In this document: piece by piece, positions 1-13,135 of the stretch
How the letters are laid out: the number at the start of each line of letters is the position of its first letter
Position numbering within the stretch: the stretch's first letter is position 1
DNA from: Polynucleobacter necessarius
GTDB lineage: Bacteria > Pseudomonadota > Gammaproteobacteria > Burkholderiales > Burkholderiaceae
NCBI RefSeq assembly: GCF_900095195.1
Contig: NZ_LT606950.1
Coordinates: 967,207-999,206 of the forward strand
Direction of reading: 5' to 3'
Length of the DNA stretch: 32,000 nt
Notes under the pieces: generated by a model
Seen by the model: the letters and a program-made list of their open reading frames with translations, nothing else
Database searches by the model: none
Told to the model about the DNA's origin: nothing
Position numbers and translations under genes: made by a program

Positions 1-12
1 CCGACAACCTGA

Positions 13-804
13 ATGACTAAGCAGGCAATTTTAACGCCGATTTGGTTTGTACCACTTCTGCCAATAGCGCTTGCTGCCACGATTTATTTTGGCGAATTTC
101 AAAGCAGCACTTTTTTATTTATTAATCGCTTTACGCAATCTTTACCAGACACTCTTTGGGCATGTCTAACCTTTTTGGGTAACGGCTGGGGAGCGTTTGC
201 GATTGCTTTTCCGCTACTTTTATTAGCGCCTCGCTTAATAACGGCCGGAATTTTTGGGGGCGCTATCTCTGCGATTGCAAGCACCGTTCTTAAAAATATC
301 TTTGATCTTCCTAGGCCTGCAGGCTTGCTGGAGAGTGGAAGTTTTTATCGCATCGGCGACGTATTGCTTCATAAAGCTTTTCCATCGGGTCATACACTGA
401 CTGCATTTGCGATTACAAGTGCCTTGTATTTCGCGTCTAGCCCCACTAAACGTAGACCGTTAATCATTCTTTTTGTAATAGCTTCATTGGTGGGCTTATC
501 GCGCAATGCTGTGGGAGCACATTGGTTTACCGATGTCTTAGCTGGTGCTGGCGTGGGTATTTGGTGCGGCATGATTAGTGCACTTTTTGCCAATAAGCTT
601 CCAGAATCGGCTCTTTTACCCAATAGCCTATGGTCCCGAATCATTGCTCTGGGAGGCATCGCCGCCATCTATGCTCATTTCACCCAAACCATAGATCTAG
701 AGCTCAATTTGCCACTGCAGTATGCATCCATTGCGATTATTGCCATCACATTAGCAGTGTTTGTCAAAACGCAATTTGATCACTCGACTGGCACTTCGTC
801 GTAA
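13..804 (+). CDS. PAP2-family membrane lipid phosphatase
   Basis: 263-aa ATG ORF with several hydrophobic helices. All three PAP2 motifs are visible: KNIFDLPRP (KX6RP), PSGH, and SRNAVGAHWFTD (SRX5HX3D). Confidence 0.8.
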   Translation: MTKQAILTPIWFVPLLPIALAATIYFGEFQSSTFLFINRFTQSLPDTLWACLTFLGNGWGAFAIAFPLLLLAPRLITAGIFGGAISAIASTVLKNIFDLPRPAGLLESGSFYRIGDVLLHKAFPSGHTLTAFAITSALYFASSPTKRRPLIILFVIASLVGLSRNAVGAHWFTDVLAGAGVGIWCGMISALFANKLPESALLPNSLWSRIIALGGIAAIYAHFTQTIDLELNLPLQYASIAIIAITLAVFVKTQFDHSTGTSS

Positions 805-810
805 TTTCAC

Positions 811-1677
811 ATGTTTAGCTATCGACACGCCTTTCACGCCGGTAGTCATGCTGACATTCTGAAACACCTCACCTTAATTCATCTCGTCGAATACTTACAA
901 GAAAAGCCTGTTGCCCTGACGATGGTCGACACACATGCCGGAGCAGGCATTTATAGCCTGCAGGATGGATTTGCAGCTGTCAGTAAAGAGGCTGAAAACG
1001 GCATCTATCGTCTTCTCGAATTCAAAGAGGAAGGGAACGCGATCCCACCAAGCATTCAAAAATATCTTGATTGCATAGGGTCTGAAAATTCCGGAGATCT
1101 TGCAACCTACCCTGGCTCTCCCTTTATTTTGGCAAGAATGCTGCGTCCGCAAGATCGCTTGAAGTTATTTGAGCTACACCCTAAAGAGATTGATATTCTG
1201 CACCACAACATCGAGCAACTCGATTGCACCAAACAAATTGATGTGTATGCAGCCGATAGCTTTAGCAGACTCAAAGGCCTGCTACCCCCACCAAGTCGAC
1301 GGGGCCTAGTGCTCATTGACCCCTCCTATGAGGATAAACAAGACTATCGCTACTTAGAAATTACTCTTGAAGAGGCGCTGCAACGCTTTGTTACCGGCTG
1401 CTATGCCGTCTGGTACCCAATACTTTCCAGGAGGGAATCTGCTGCTTTACCGGACAGAATGAAAAAGCTCGCCGCGACTCATAAACGCTCTTGGCTTCAT
1501 GCCGAACTTCGGGTAGAAAACGCTCCGGGCGAACGACGCCTTCAAGCAAGCGGAATGTTTATTATTAATCCACCCTGGACGCTAGAAAAACATCTAGCCG
1601 AGGCGCTTCCCATTCTCACTCAAGCCTTGGCTATTAATAGTGGTGCGCAATACCTTCTGAAAAGCATGGAGGCGTAA
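811..1677 (+). CDS. rlmJ: 23S rRNA (adenine2030-N6)-methyltransferase RlmJ
   Basis: 288-aa ATG ORF. The N-terminus MFSYRHAFHAGSHADILKH is the characteristic RlmJ/YhiR signature, and the length is typical. Confidence 0.85.
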   Translation: MFSYRHAFHAGSHADILKHLTLIHLVEYLQEKPVALTMVDTHAGAGIYSLQDGFAAVSKEAENGIYRLLEFKEEGNAIPPSIQKYLDCIGSENSGDLATYPGSPFILARMLRPQDRLKLFELHPKEIDILHHNIEQLDCTKQIDVYAADSFSRLKGLLPPPSRRGLVLIDPSYEDKQDYRYLEITLEEALQRFVTGCYAVWYPILSRRESAALPDRMKKLAATHKRSWLHAELRVENAPGERRLQASGMFIINPPWTLEKHLAEALPILTQALAINSGAQYLLKSMEA

Positions 1678-1681
1678 ATGC

Positions 1682-3081
<1,400 letters not shown>

Positions 3082-3546
3082 TTACTGAGAATGAACATCA
3101 GCCCAACAATTTGGCGTTTCATATAAACGAATTGCCGAAAGTTCAAGACGTTCACCGAATGCTTTAGCAAAAACGGGTTGCAAAATCGCGAATGCAGCAT
3201 TTGCGAGATTTTCTACGGTGGGCACATGCTCTAGGATGACGGTCTTATGGTTTGGCAAACTTGCCAGAAACGCAACCAAGCCCTCATCTTCTTTAGCCAC
3301 TAAAAACGCATGGTCCCATTGATCCACAACATACTGATTGGTCAGCTTTTTGATGTCGCCAAAATCGAGCACCATGCCGTCATCCGCTTTACCAGGATGA
3401 TCCGCAACCTCACCGGTTAAAGTGACCTCAATTGCATAACGATGTCCATGGAGATGTTTGCATTGGCCGTCGCGATTTGGAATACGGTGCCCAGAGTCGA
3501 ACTCGAGGCGGCGAGTAATGGAGATTGCAGGTTATTTGCTGGTCAT
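3082..3546 (-). pseudogene. queD: 6-carboxy-5,6,7,8-tetrahydropterin synthase QueD with premature stop at codon 5 (no usable start for the conserved body)
   Basis: My translation of the minus strand from 3525 gives ISITRRLEFDSGHRIPNRDGQCKHLHGHRYAIEVTLTGEVADHPGKADDG, joining the tracked ORF at MVLDFGDIKK (3375) in one open frame. There is no ATG, GTG or TTG in that frame between 3375 and 3525. An in-frame ATG at 3546 is followed by ACC AGC AAA TAA (TAA at 3532-3534). Confidence 0.6.
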
Positions 3547-3569
3547 TTGGCGCTTTAATTATTTACTCT

Positions 3570-4225
3570 CTATCGAATACCGATCAGTTTATGCGATTGA
3601 ATGCTTAATCTCCATAACGGGCGTTTTTGGCATAGACTTACGGCTAACTCAGTATTACTTTTAAGATTGGGGCCATCCATTGGCTGCAGGAATCGATTGC
3701 GATAGTCCATCTTCTCAAATCGAGACATCAATTGCTCAACTGAATCATGACCTACTTGAGGAATGACGAGTTTCAGCTCATTTGCTTGAAACACGATTAG
3801 TTCGGATCCCGCTTTATGGCTGACACAAACCCAATCAACCCCCTTGGGGACTTTGATCGTACCGTTTGTTTCAATGGCCACCTCAAATCCTTTTTGATGG
3901 AGTGCATTGATCGGTGGCTCATCCAACTCTGTAATAGCGGCTCACCACCTGTGAAAACAACATAGCGCTGTTGGGGTCCTGCTGAGGTACTTTTTCAAGA
4001 GGCCTCGATCGCATCGGCTAAATCCCCTGCAGTCTCAAATTTGCCACCGCCAGCACCGTCACTACCAACAAAATCAGTATCGCAAAATTGGCATACTGCA
4101 GTTGCTCGATCTTCCTCGCGACCGCTCCAGAGATTGCAGCCACTAAAACGACAAAATACCGCGGCACGTCCAACATGAGCGCCTTCACCTTGCAAGGTGG
4201 GGAAAAGTTCTTTAACGGTATACAT
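3570..4225 (-). pseudogene. queE: 7-carboxy-7-deazaguanine synthase QueE (radical SAM), nonsense plus frameshift
   Basis: The N-terminal part MYTVKELFPTLQGEGAHVGRAAVFCRFSGCNLWSGRE ends at an in-frame TGA (3995-3997). The same frame continues KSTSAGPQQRYVVFTGGEPLLQ. Two surplus nucleotides at 3927-3928 then shift to the frame encoding LDEPPINALHQKGFEVAIETNGT...WRLSIQSHKLIGIR. Confidence 0.85.
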
Positions 4226-4234
4226 AGCAATACA

Positions 4235-4980
4235 CTATTTTAAGCGCATTGCTTGCTTCCAAGAAATTAGCTCCCATTGCCAATAATCCTCCCAGAAGGC
4301 ATTGGACCAAAAGACTCCAGGGGTGATGTAGCGACCACTCCCCCGCGGATAATCCAACGCCCAACCCCTGGCGAGAACCAAACATCTTCCCATCAAGAAT
4401 TTAATATTCGAAAGAGATCATTGCTAATGAAATACGGATTTTCGTTATGAAAATGTAAGGTTTGAAATTTTCCAGCCGGAGAGTCAATTTGCTCTCATCC
4501 AAGAGCAGTCATACTCAAACCCCAATAATAGCTACCGTCGGGATAGCTTGGTACTTGATATTGGGTTTTATAAAACTGGCTCCATCCTGCTTGAAGCTGC
4601 GCCGGCCACAGAGGGATTGCAGGCTGGAATTTTTGGGGAGGACTCCAGTGTGGATCTTGCAGCACAAAACCCCATGGAGATTAGATTTCATCAGGAAGCG
4701 GACCTGATTTAACTCCCGATCCAGTAATTCGGATTTCCGCCCCGACTGAAACAACTTTTTCTGTAACCGTATCAATGATTTCTTGATTGAAAACGTTGCG
4801 AACTTGGTATACCCACTCTTGACCAACGCGGGGAGCACGAACTGTTGGAGGCGACAGGGGTTGCGAAAGTTTTATTCCCTCCGGAAAGGGTTGAGAGGAA
4901 ATACATCCCGTCAGTATGACCGACAGGCTAATTGCCAATAACTTACGCAAATAATTTATTTGAATGAACTCAGCTGCCAT
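4235..4980 (-). pseudogene. Uncharacterised lipoprotein, paralog B, three in-frame stops plus one frameshift
   Basis: ATG at 4980 and signal peptide with lipobox LTGC. In-frame stops are TAA 4681-4683, TGA 4495-4497 and TGA 4393-4395. A frame change at the C5 run 4340-4344 is needed to recover the paralog-like C-terminus YWQWELISWK. It aligns along its length with paralog A (VGQEW.Y, WGFV..DP.W, PLWP, WF.P..GRW). Confidence 0.6.
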
Positions 4981-5582
4981 TGGTAACTGCCTTCGTTAAT
5001 TACCCCACCTATCTGACATTGTATTTGGTAGGGGCCTGATGTCTCGCGCGCCACCCATCTACCAATTTGCGGCGCGAACCAGATAGTTTCTTTACGAGTG
5101 CAGTTGACCTTATTGGCGTCCTCATTCTCATAGTTAATGAATGTTTGGAACTTCAGCGCAATAAATTCACCAGCGAGAACAGTAATCTTTTCCCACCCAT
5201 TAGCGCTCATATATTCTTGCTAACTCAAGAGGCCACAATGGCAATGGAGAATTAAAACTCAATAATTTTGGCCACTGTGGATCCAAGGTAACAAATCCTC
5301 AAGAGGACTGAATCTCACTTGGCAAAGCAATACCATCTTCCGAACGTTCAATCGTAATACTTGAATCCATACTGGCAACGCGCTCGCGAATCACCCCTAA
5401 TGTTTTCCCGCTGAACACATCTTTCTTAATATAGGTCCACTCTTGGCCAACTTGAGGAGCCCGAGCCTTAGGCAAGGGATTGGGTTGAGCAACTGGAGTA
5501 CCTTGCTCATACCCAAGGGGACACCACAGGCAACTGGTGCTAGAGCAGCCGATACGATAAAGGTTCGACGCGTTATATTCAT
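4956..5582 (-). pseudogene. Uncharacterised lipoprotein, paralog A, two frame changes plus one nonsense codon
   Basis: ATG at 5582 preceded by GGGAGG (5587-5592); signal peptide MNITRRTFIVSAALAPVAC. The frame changes shortly after the lipobox (about 5500-5530) to PLPKARAPQVGQEWTYIKKDVFSG. There is an in-frame TGA at 5299-5301. The frame changes again around 5205-5225, with about 20 codons missing relative to paralog B, before ANGWEKITVLAGEF...YQWQLSSFK. Confidence 0.6.
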
Positions 5583-5611
5583 ATAACCTCCCGAATTAAG
5601 CTTTGACTGGA

Positions 5612-6401
5612 TCAATATACCTCAAGCAGATACAACTCTTCATCGGTAAATCCGGCCTGTCTACGAGCAGCCAAATTGAATGGGGCCCGTAACTTTGGAG
5701 CTCGATATTGCCTAACGAGTTCACGGTACGCTGTAATTGGCGATAGATGATTTTTTGTGCATAAGAAATTAAACCAATGATTGCCGATCGCAACATGGCC
5801 AATCTCATCGCGCAGAATAATCTCTAATATTTCTACAGCGGCAATATCTTTTACTTGCTTAAAACGATCGCGAATTGCTGGAACTGCGTCCAACCCTCTC
5901 GCCTCCATTGTTCTGGGCACCAAATCCATTCTGGCAATTACAGAGTCAACCGTTCTCTCTACCATTTCCCATAAACTGTTATGCGCATCAAAATCACCAT
6001 AAGAAAAACCATGGGATTGAAGATAGCCACTCACAAGACTGAAGTAATATGCCTCTTCTTTGGAAACCTGGAGCCAGTCCTCATAATATTACTCGGGCAT
6101 ATCTGGAAAGCGCCAAATCGCATCTAGAGCAAGGTTGATGGCATTAAATTCGATATGAGCAAGCGAGTGCAGTAACGAAGCTCGTGTCCATCTTTCTTCT
6201 TGGAACATCCAGAGGTGGCACCAGTATTGGCTTTTCTGGGCGCCCAGGGAGGCAATGATTTTGAGTAGCTAGAGCCTGAGTACGATTTACGCGAATGCTC
6301 CCTTGATGGTATGCGTCAAATAACTCAAAGACTTGGCTGACCTTAGCTGCAGGTTCAGTAAGCGCTAAAATCTCTAAGGCGGCTTCGCGTAGCTCGGTCA
6401 T
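5612..6401 (-). pseudogene. DUF455 ferritin-like family protein, frameshift plus nonsense
   Basis: The N-terminal ORF (6144-6401) leaves the family frame around 6175-6200. The alternative frame reads RASLLHSLAHIEFNAINLALDAIWRFPDMPE, then TAA (6089-6091), then YYEDWLQVSKEEAYYFSLVSGYLQSHGF, joining ORF 5612-6034 (RDEIGHVAIGNHWF). Confidence 0.7.
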
Positions 6402-6419
6402 TAAAAAAGGTGCGGGGAA

Positions 6420-8027
6420 TTATTCCCACTCAATCGTTGCTGGAGGTTTGCCGCTAATGTCGTAGACAACGCGATTAATGCCACGGACTTCATTGATGAT
6501 GCGGTTCGATACTTTACCAAGTAACTCATGGGGTAAATGAGCCCAATGTGCAGTCATGAAATCCTGAGTTTGCACTGCTCTAAGTGCAATAACATACTCA
6601 TAGGTTCTACCATCGCCCATGACGCCAACGGATTTCACTGGCAAGAATACAGCGAATGCCTGACTAGTCAGGTCATACCAAGACTTCTGACTTACCTCAT
6701 CAATGGTGTTGCGCAACTCTTCAATAAAAATAGCATCGGCTCGATGTAGGAGATTTGCAAATTCAGCTTTCACCTCACCTAAAATGCGCACGCCCAGACC
6801 AGGACCTGGGAATGGGTGGCGATACACCATCTCGCGAGGCAAGCCTAATGCGACGCCAAGCTCACGTACCTCATCTTTGAATAATTCACGCAATGGCTCA
6901 AGCAACTTGAGATGCATATCTTCAGGCAGGCCACCAACATTATGATGACTCTTGATTGCGCGCGCGCCCTTCTTGCCTTTACCAGCAGACTCAATCACAT
7001 CTGGATAAATCGTTCCCTGCGCTAACCACTTTGCATTTTTAATCTTGCCAGATTCAGCCTGAAAAATCTCAACAAACTCTTTACCAATAATCTTGCGCTT
7101 TGCTTCAGGATCGGCAACGCCAGCCAATTTACTCATGAAGACATCTTTAGCATCGACCCGAATCACCCTGACACCCAGATTACGCGCAAACATTTCCATC
7201 ACCATATCGCCTTCATTCAAGCGAAGTAAGCCATGGTCAACAAATACACACGTTAACTGATCGCCAATCGCACGATGAATCAGGGCTGCAGCAACGCTAG
7301 AGTCCACACCACCGGATAAACCGAAGATGACTTCTTCATTACCAACTTGTTTACGAATATTCTCAACGGCTTCAGCAATGTAGTCGCCCATCACCCAATC
7401 CGGCTTGCATTGGCAAATCTCATGAACAAAACGCTCAAGAATTGTGGTGCCTTGAATCGTATGGGTTACTTCCGGATGAAATTGAAAAGCATAAAAACGG
7501 CGCTCCTCATCTGCCATACCCGCAATCGGACACGATTCTGTAGAAGCCATTAACTTGAATGAGGGTGGCATGGCCGTTACAGAATCTCCATGGCTCATCC
7601 ACACTTTCAGAATGCCATGGCCCTCACTGGTCGAGAAGTCCTGAATCCTTTTAAGCAAATTCGTGTGGCCATGAGCACGCACTTCCGAGTAACCAAATTC
7701 GCGTGCCTGACCCAAGGATTCCGCTGAAGCAACAGCACCACCCAATTGGGTTGCCATCGTTTGCATACCATAGCAAATGCCCAATACGGGAACACCTAAT
7801 TCAAATACAATTTGTGGGGCACGTGGACTACCCGCTTCTGTGACAGAACTGGGACCACCAGAGAGAATAATCCCTTTACCGCCTTGCTCTTGAATGAATT
7901 GACGGATGAATTCCGGATCACAGTCATAGGGATGTATTTCAGAATACACCCGCGCATCACGAACGCGTCTAGCAATTAATTGGGTTACCTGTGAACCAAA
8001 GTCGAGAATCAGTATTTTGTCGTGCAC
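6420..8027 (-). CDS. guaA: GMP synthase (glutamine-hydrolysing)
   Basis: 535-aa ORF starting [13 protein letters not shown], with a GATase domain, the PP-loop SGGVDSS and C-terminal IEWE. The start codon is GTG at 8027. Confidence 0.95.
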   Translation of the reverse strand: MHDKILILDFGSQVTQLIARRVRDARVYSEIHPYDCDPEFIRQFIQEQGGKGIILSGGPSSVTEAGSPRAPQIVFELGVPVLGICYGMQTMATQLGGAVASAESLGQAREFGYSEVRAHGHTNLLKRIQDFSTSEGHGILKVWMSHGDSVTAMPPSFKLMASTESCPIAGMADEERRFYAFQFHPEVTHTIQGTTILERFVHEICQCKPDWVMGDYIAEAVENIRKQVGNEEVIFGLSGGVDSSVAAALIHRAIGDQLTCVFVDHGLLRLNEGDMVMEMFARNLGVRVIRVDAKDVFMSKLAGVADPEAKRKIIGKEFVEIFQAESGKIKNAKWLAQGTIYPDVIESAGKGKKGARAIKSHHNVGGLPEDMHLKLLEPLRELFKDEVRELGVALGLPREMVYRHPFPGPGLGVRILGEVKAEFANLLHRADAIFIEELRNTIDEVSQKSWYDLTSQAFAVFLPVKSVGVMGDGRTYEYVIALRAVQTQDFMTAHWAHLPHELLGKVSNRIINEVRGINRVVYDISGKPPATIEWE

Positions 8028-8082
8028 GAAACGGTCAATCTAAATTTCAGTATTTACTTTTGATGTAGCTCTTGTTGAAGTC

Positions 8083-9911
<1,829 letters not shown>

Positions 9912-9922
<11 letters not shown>

Positions 9923-10346
9923 ATAACTTTTCTGCGCGTTTCACAAAACAATCCACAAACGTACCTGCAATGTGCCCAAACACTGGACCAATGATCTTAT
10001 CCAAGATGACGCTCTTGAATTCCCAATGCAATTTAAATTCCACTTTGCAGACATCTTCGCGCAAGGGAATAAAATTCCATTGGCCAGAAAAATGTTTGAA
10101 GGGTCCATCCACAAAAACCATATCGATCGTTTCTGGACGATGGTTGATATTACGCGTATGAAAAAATTGATTAATACCCTTAAAGCTAATCTTGATTTTG
10201 GCATCCAAAACCGTTTCAGTTTGCTCGAAAATCTCCACACCACCACACCATGGCAAAAACTCTGAATAACGTGCTACATCCGTCACTAAACCGTACATTC
10301 GGTCGGCGGATTGACTAATTAATACAGTCTTATAGACGTCTGCCAT
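9912..10346 (-). CDS. ratA: SRPBCC-family protein RatA (ribosome association toxin / CoQ-binding COQ10-like)
   Basis: 144-aa ATG ORF with YSEFLPWC near the N-terminus. It lies divergent from smpB, as in many proteobacteria. Confidence 0.75.
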
Positions 10347-10371
10347 AATCGATCTTGGAAGCTAAATAAAT

Positions 10372-10824
10372 ATGAGTATCGTCGATAACAAAAAAGCCTT
10401 CTTTGATTATTTTATCGAGGAGCGCTTTGAGGCGGGATTGGTTCTGGAGGGCTGGGAAGTCAAAGCTATCCGTGCTGGTCGCGTGCACATTAAAGAAGCG
10501 TATGTTGTCATACGCAAGGCGGAGCTTTTCCTGATCAGATGCCATATTACCCCCCTACTTTCCGCCTCTACTCACATTGCTCCTGACAGTGTTCGAACCC
10601 GCAAACTGCTTCTCAATGCCATTGAGGTTCGCACGCTGATTGGTAAAGTGGAACAAAAAGGCTACACCCTAGTCCCATTGAATCTGCATTTCTCCAAGGG
10701 AAATGTGAAATGCGAAATTAGTCTAGCTCGTGGCAAGAAACAGCATGACAAGCGCGCTGCCACCAAAGAGCGTGAATGGGAAGTGCAGAAGGGTCGTATC
10801 GCTCGAGGCGACCTGAACGCCTAA
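10372..10824 (+). CDS. smpB: SsrA-binding protein SmpB
   Basis: 150-aa ATG ORF with [25 protein letters not shown] and a basic C-terminal tail; full length. Confidence 0.95.
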   Translation: MSIVDNKKAFFDYFIEERFEAGLVLEGWEVKAIRAGRVHIKEAYVVIRKAELFLIRCHITPLLSASTHIAPDSVRTRKLLLNAIEVRTLIGKVEQKGYTLVPLNLHFSKGNVKCEISLARGKKQHDKRAATKEREWEVQKGRIARGDLNA

Positions 10825-10937
10825 TCCGCTTCAGTCAGTTTCTTCATAGGCTGTATTGCACCTTTATGGTGCATAACGGCACCAATCTGCTTCAACTCCC
10901 AATTTCAGGAGAACAGAAAGGCTTTAGTTTTATCCAT

Positions 10938-12349
10938 ATGAAACTGCCTTTTGATGAAATGCTAGACGCCGCAGGCAAAGCGCGTCCCAACTACGAAATT
11001 TTTCATACCTGGTTAAAGCAGCAAAGCGATACCCTCATGGGTCTCAAACGGGCTGAAGCAGACCTCATTTTCCGACGAGTGGGCATTACATTCGCGGTCT
11101 ACGGCGATGATCTTGGCTCAGAGCGAACCATACCGTTTGACCAGGTTCCGCGCATCTTTACTACGAAAGAGTGGGCACAACTCGAAGCAGGATTGCGTCA
11201 ACGCGTCAAAGCACTCAATCGCTTTATTTATGACGTGTATCACGAAGAAGAAATCATCAAAGCAGGAATTGTTCCGGCCGAGCAAATTTTTAACAATGTG
11301 CAATATCACCCAGAGATGCGTAACGTTAATGTGCCTCGAGATATCTACGCACAAATTGCAGGGATTGATACTGTGCGAGCAGGCGAAGGTGAGTTTTATG
11401 TCTTAGAGGATAACCTGCGCGTTCCTTCCGGCGTTTCTTACATGGTCGAGGACCGCAAGATGATGATGCGCCTTTTCCAGGACCTCTTTCAAAAATACCG
11501 CGTCGCCACCGTAGAGCACTATCCAGATTTACTACTGGAGTGTCTCAAGTCCGTTAAGCCCGACGATGTTAAGAAACCAAATGTCGTGGTTCTCACACCC
11601 GGCATGTATAACTCCGCATATTTTGAGCACAGCTACCTTGCTAAGCAAATGGGTGTGGAGTTAGTAGGGGGTAAGGACTTGTTTGTCAAAAATGAGCAAG
11701 TCTTTATGCGAACCACTCAGGGCCCAGAACGCGTGGATGTCATCTATCGGCGCGTTGATGATGATTTTTTAGACCCGCTCGCATTTCGCTCAGACTCAAC
11801 TTTAGGTGTAGCAGGGCTCTTAGCAGCACATCGAGCTGGAAATGTAACTTTGGCTAACGCGATTGGTACCGGCATTGCCGATGACAAATCAATCTATCCC
11901 TATGTTCCTGAGATGTTGAGTTTTATCTCGGCGAAAAACCGATCCTTAATAACGTTCCCACCTTCCAATGTCGCAAGCCAGAGGATTTGGCATGCACACT
12001 AGCGAATCTTGAAAAACTGGTTGTTAAATTGACGCATGGTGCTGGCGGATACGGCATGCTAGTCGGCCCCACTTCCACCAAAGCTAAAGTTGAAGAATTT
12101 AGAGTGCACCTCATTGCCAATCCTGATAAGTACATAGCCCAACCCACTTTAGTGCTATCCACCTGCCCTACCTTTGTGGAGTCGGGGATTGCGCCACGCC
12201 ATATTGATTTGCGTCCCTTTGTTCTCTCCGGAAAAACCATCAAGATGGTTCCCGGCGGCCTCACACGAGTTGCTCTTAAAGAGGGTTCGCTAGTGGTGAA
12301 CTCCTCGCAGGGTGGCTGCACAAAAGACACCTGGGTTCTCGAAGCGTAA
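10938..12349 (+). pseudogene. Circularly permuted ATP-grasp type 2 protein (COG2308), single frameshift
   Basis: ATG at 10938 after AGGAG. The frame is good through IADDKSIYPYVPEM, then a 1-nt loss around 11915-11921. The continuation FYLGEKPILNNVPTFQCRKPEDLACTLANLEKLVVK...HGAGGYGMLVG...VVNSSQGG.TKDTWVL is in another frame (tracked ORF 11987-12349). Confidence 0.8.
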
Positions 12350-12363
12350 GAGGAATAAGAAAA

Positions 12364-13119
12364 ATGTTAAGCCGCACTGCCGATTGTCTCTACTGGATGG
12401 CTCGCTACACAGAACGCGCAGAAAATACTGCTCGCATGTTAGTGTCAATCACCAAACCTCGCTCTTACCTCAACCCTCTGACGTCTTAGAGCAAAGTTGG
12501 AAAAAACTGTTGACCATCTCAAAATTAGAGGGCGCATTCTTAAGCAAATATGATGTGATTAATTGTGAAAATGTGTTGGATTTGATGATTTATGAAACGA
12601 GCAATCCGTCCAGCATTGTTTCCTGCCTTTATGCAGCCCGTGAGAATGCCAGAGTGATGCCAGAGTGATTCGTGGAAAGATTACCTCCGAAGTCTGGGAG
12701 ACTCAAAATACAACTTGGCTGGAATTGCAACGCATTTTGCAGACCCGCCACCAATCAGACCAAAGCTGATTGCTTGAGTGGGTGAAGCGCCGTTGCCATT
12801 TATTCCGGGGCGTGATGTACGGAACCATGCTGAAAAATGAATCTTTCTACTTTATTAATGTCGGAACACTACTAGAGCGCGCCGACAACACTGCTCGTAT
12901 CTTGCAGACCTTATTCCATTGGTTTCCGAAGTTAAAAACCAACAATCCAAGGAAATTGAGCGCTTACTCGGAAAACTCAAGGCGAACTTAGATTACTCAG
13001 ACATCGATGAAGTCTTTGCGCAGGGTCTGGAGGAATATATTGAAAACTTCCTTGAGCGCATCAACCATATCGCAGATGAAGTCAGTAGCGCCTACCTGAT
13101 TCCATTGGCAGTAGCATAA
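12364..13119 (+). pseudogene. Alpha-E domain protein (DUF403), multiple lesions
   Basis: ATG at 12364 (MLSRTADCLYWMARYTERAENTAR). Lesions: a 1-nt loss near 12442, an 11-bp tandem duplication at 12648-12669, an in-frame TGA at 12767-12769, and a further frame change near 12900-12960. The total span is only 252 codons, so the middle of the protein appears deleted. The C-terminus LGKLKANLDYSDIDEVF...YLIPLAVA is retained. Confidence 0.75.
12648..12669 (+). repeat. Perfect 11-bp tandem duplication GCCAGAGTGAT x2 inside the alpha-E gene
   Basis: Read directly: 12648-12658 equals 12659-12669. Removing one copy restores ENARVIRGKITSEVWETQNTTWLE in frame. Confidence 0.9.
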
Positions 13120-13135
13120 AAACCGAAAAGAAGAT

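Noticed and set aside
4462-4838. ORFs 4462-4707 (+) and 4515-4838 (-) as real small genes.
   Set aside because: Both overlap the lipoprotein paralog B reading frame, whose translation aligns with paralog A across this interval. They are by-products of a decaying gene.
3995-5301. TGA reassigned to tryptophan, since several internal TGAs align with Trp positions (3995-3997, 4495-4497, 5299-5301).
   Set aside because: TGA clearly terminates intact genes at their expected C-termini in this window: guaB at 8083, tadA at 2623, lpxB at 19728, rseP at 26199 and cdsA at 28544. The genes with internal TGAs also carry frameshifts or TAA/TAG stops. Ordinary TGG-to-TGA nonsense mutation explains the pattern.
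12312-12363. ORF 12312-12668 starting inside the 3' end of the ATP-grasp gene.
   Set aside because: The family N-terminus MLSRTADCLYWMARYTERAENTAR starts at ATG 12364 in another frame. The tracked ORF only becomes alpha-E-like after the 1-nt deletion near 12442, so its 5' part is an artefact.
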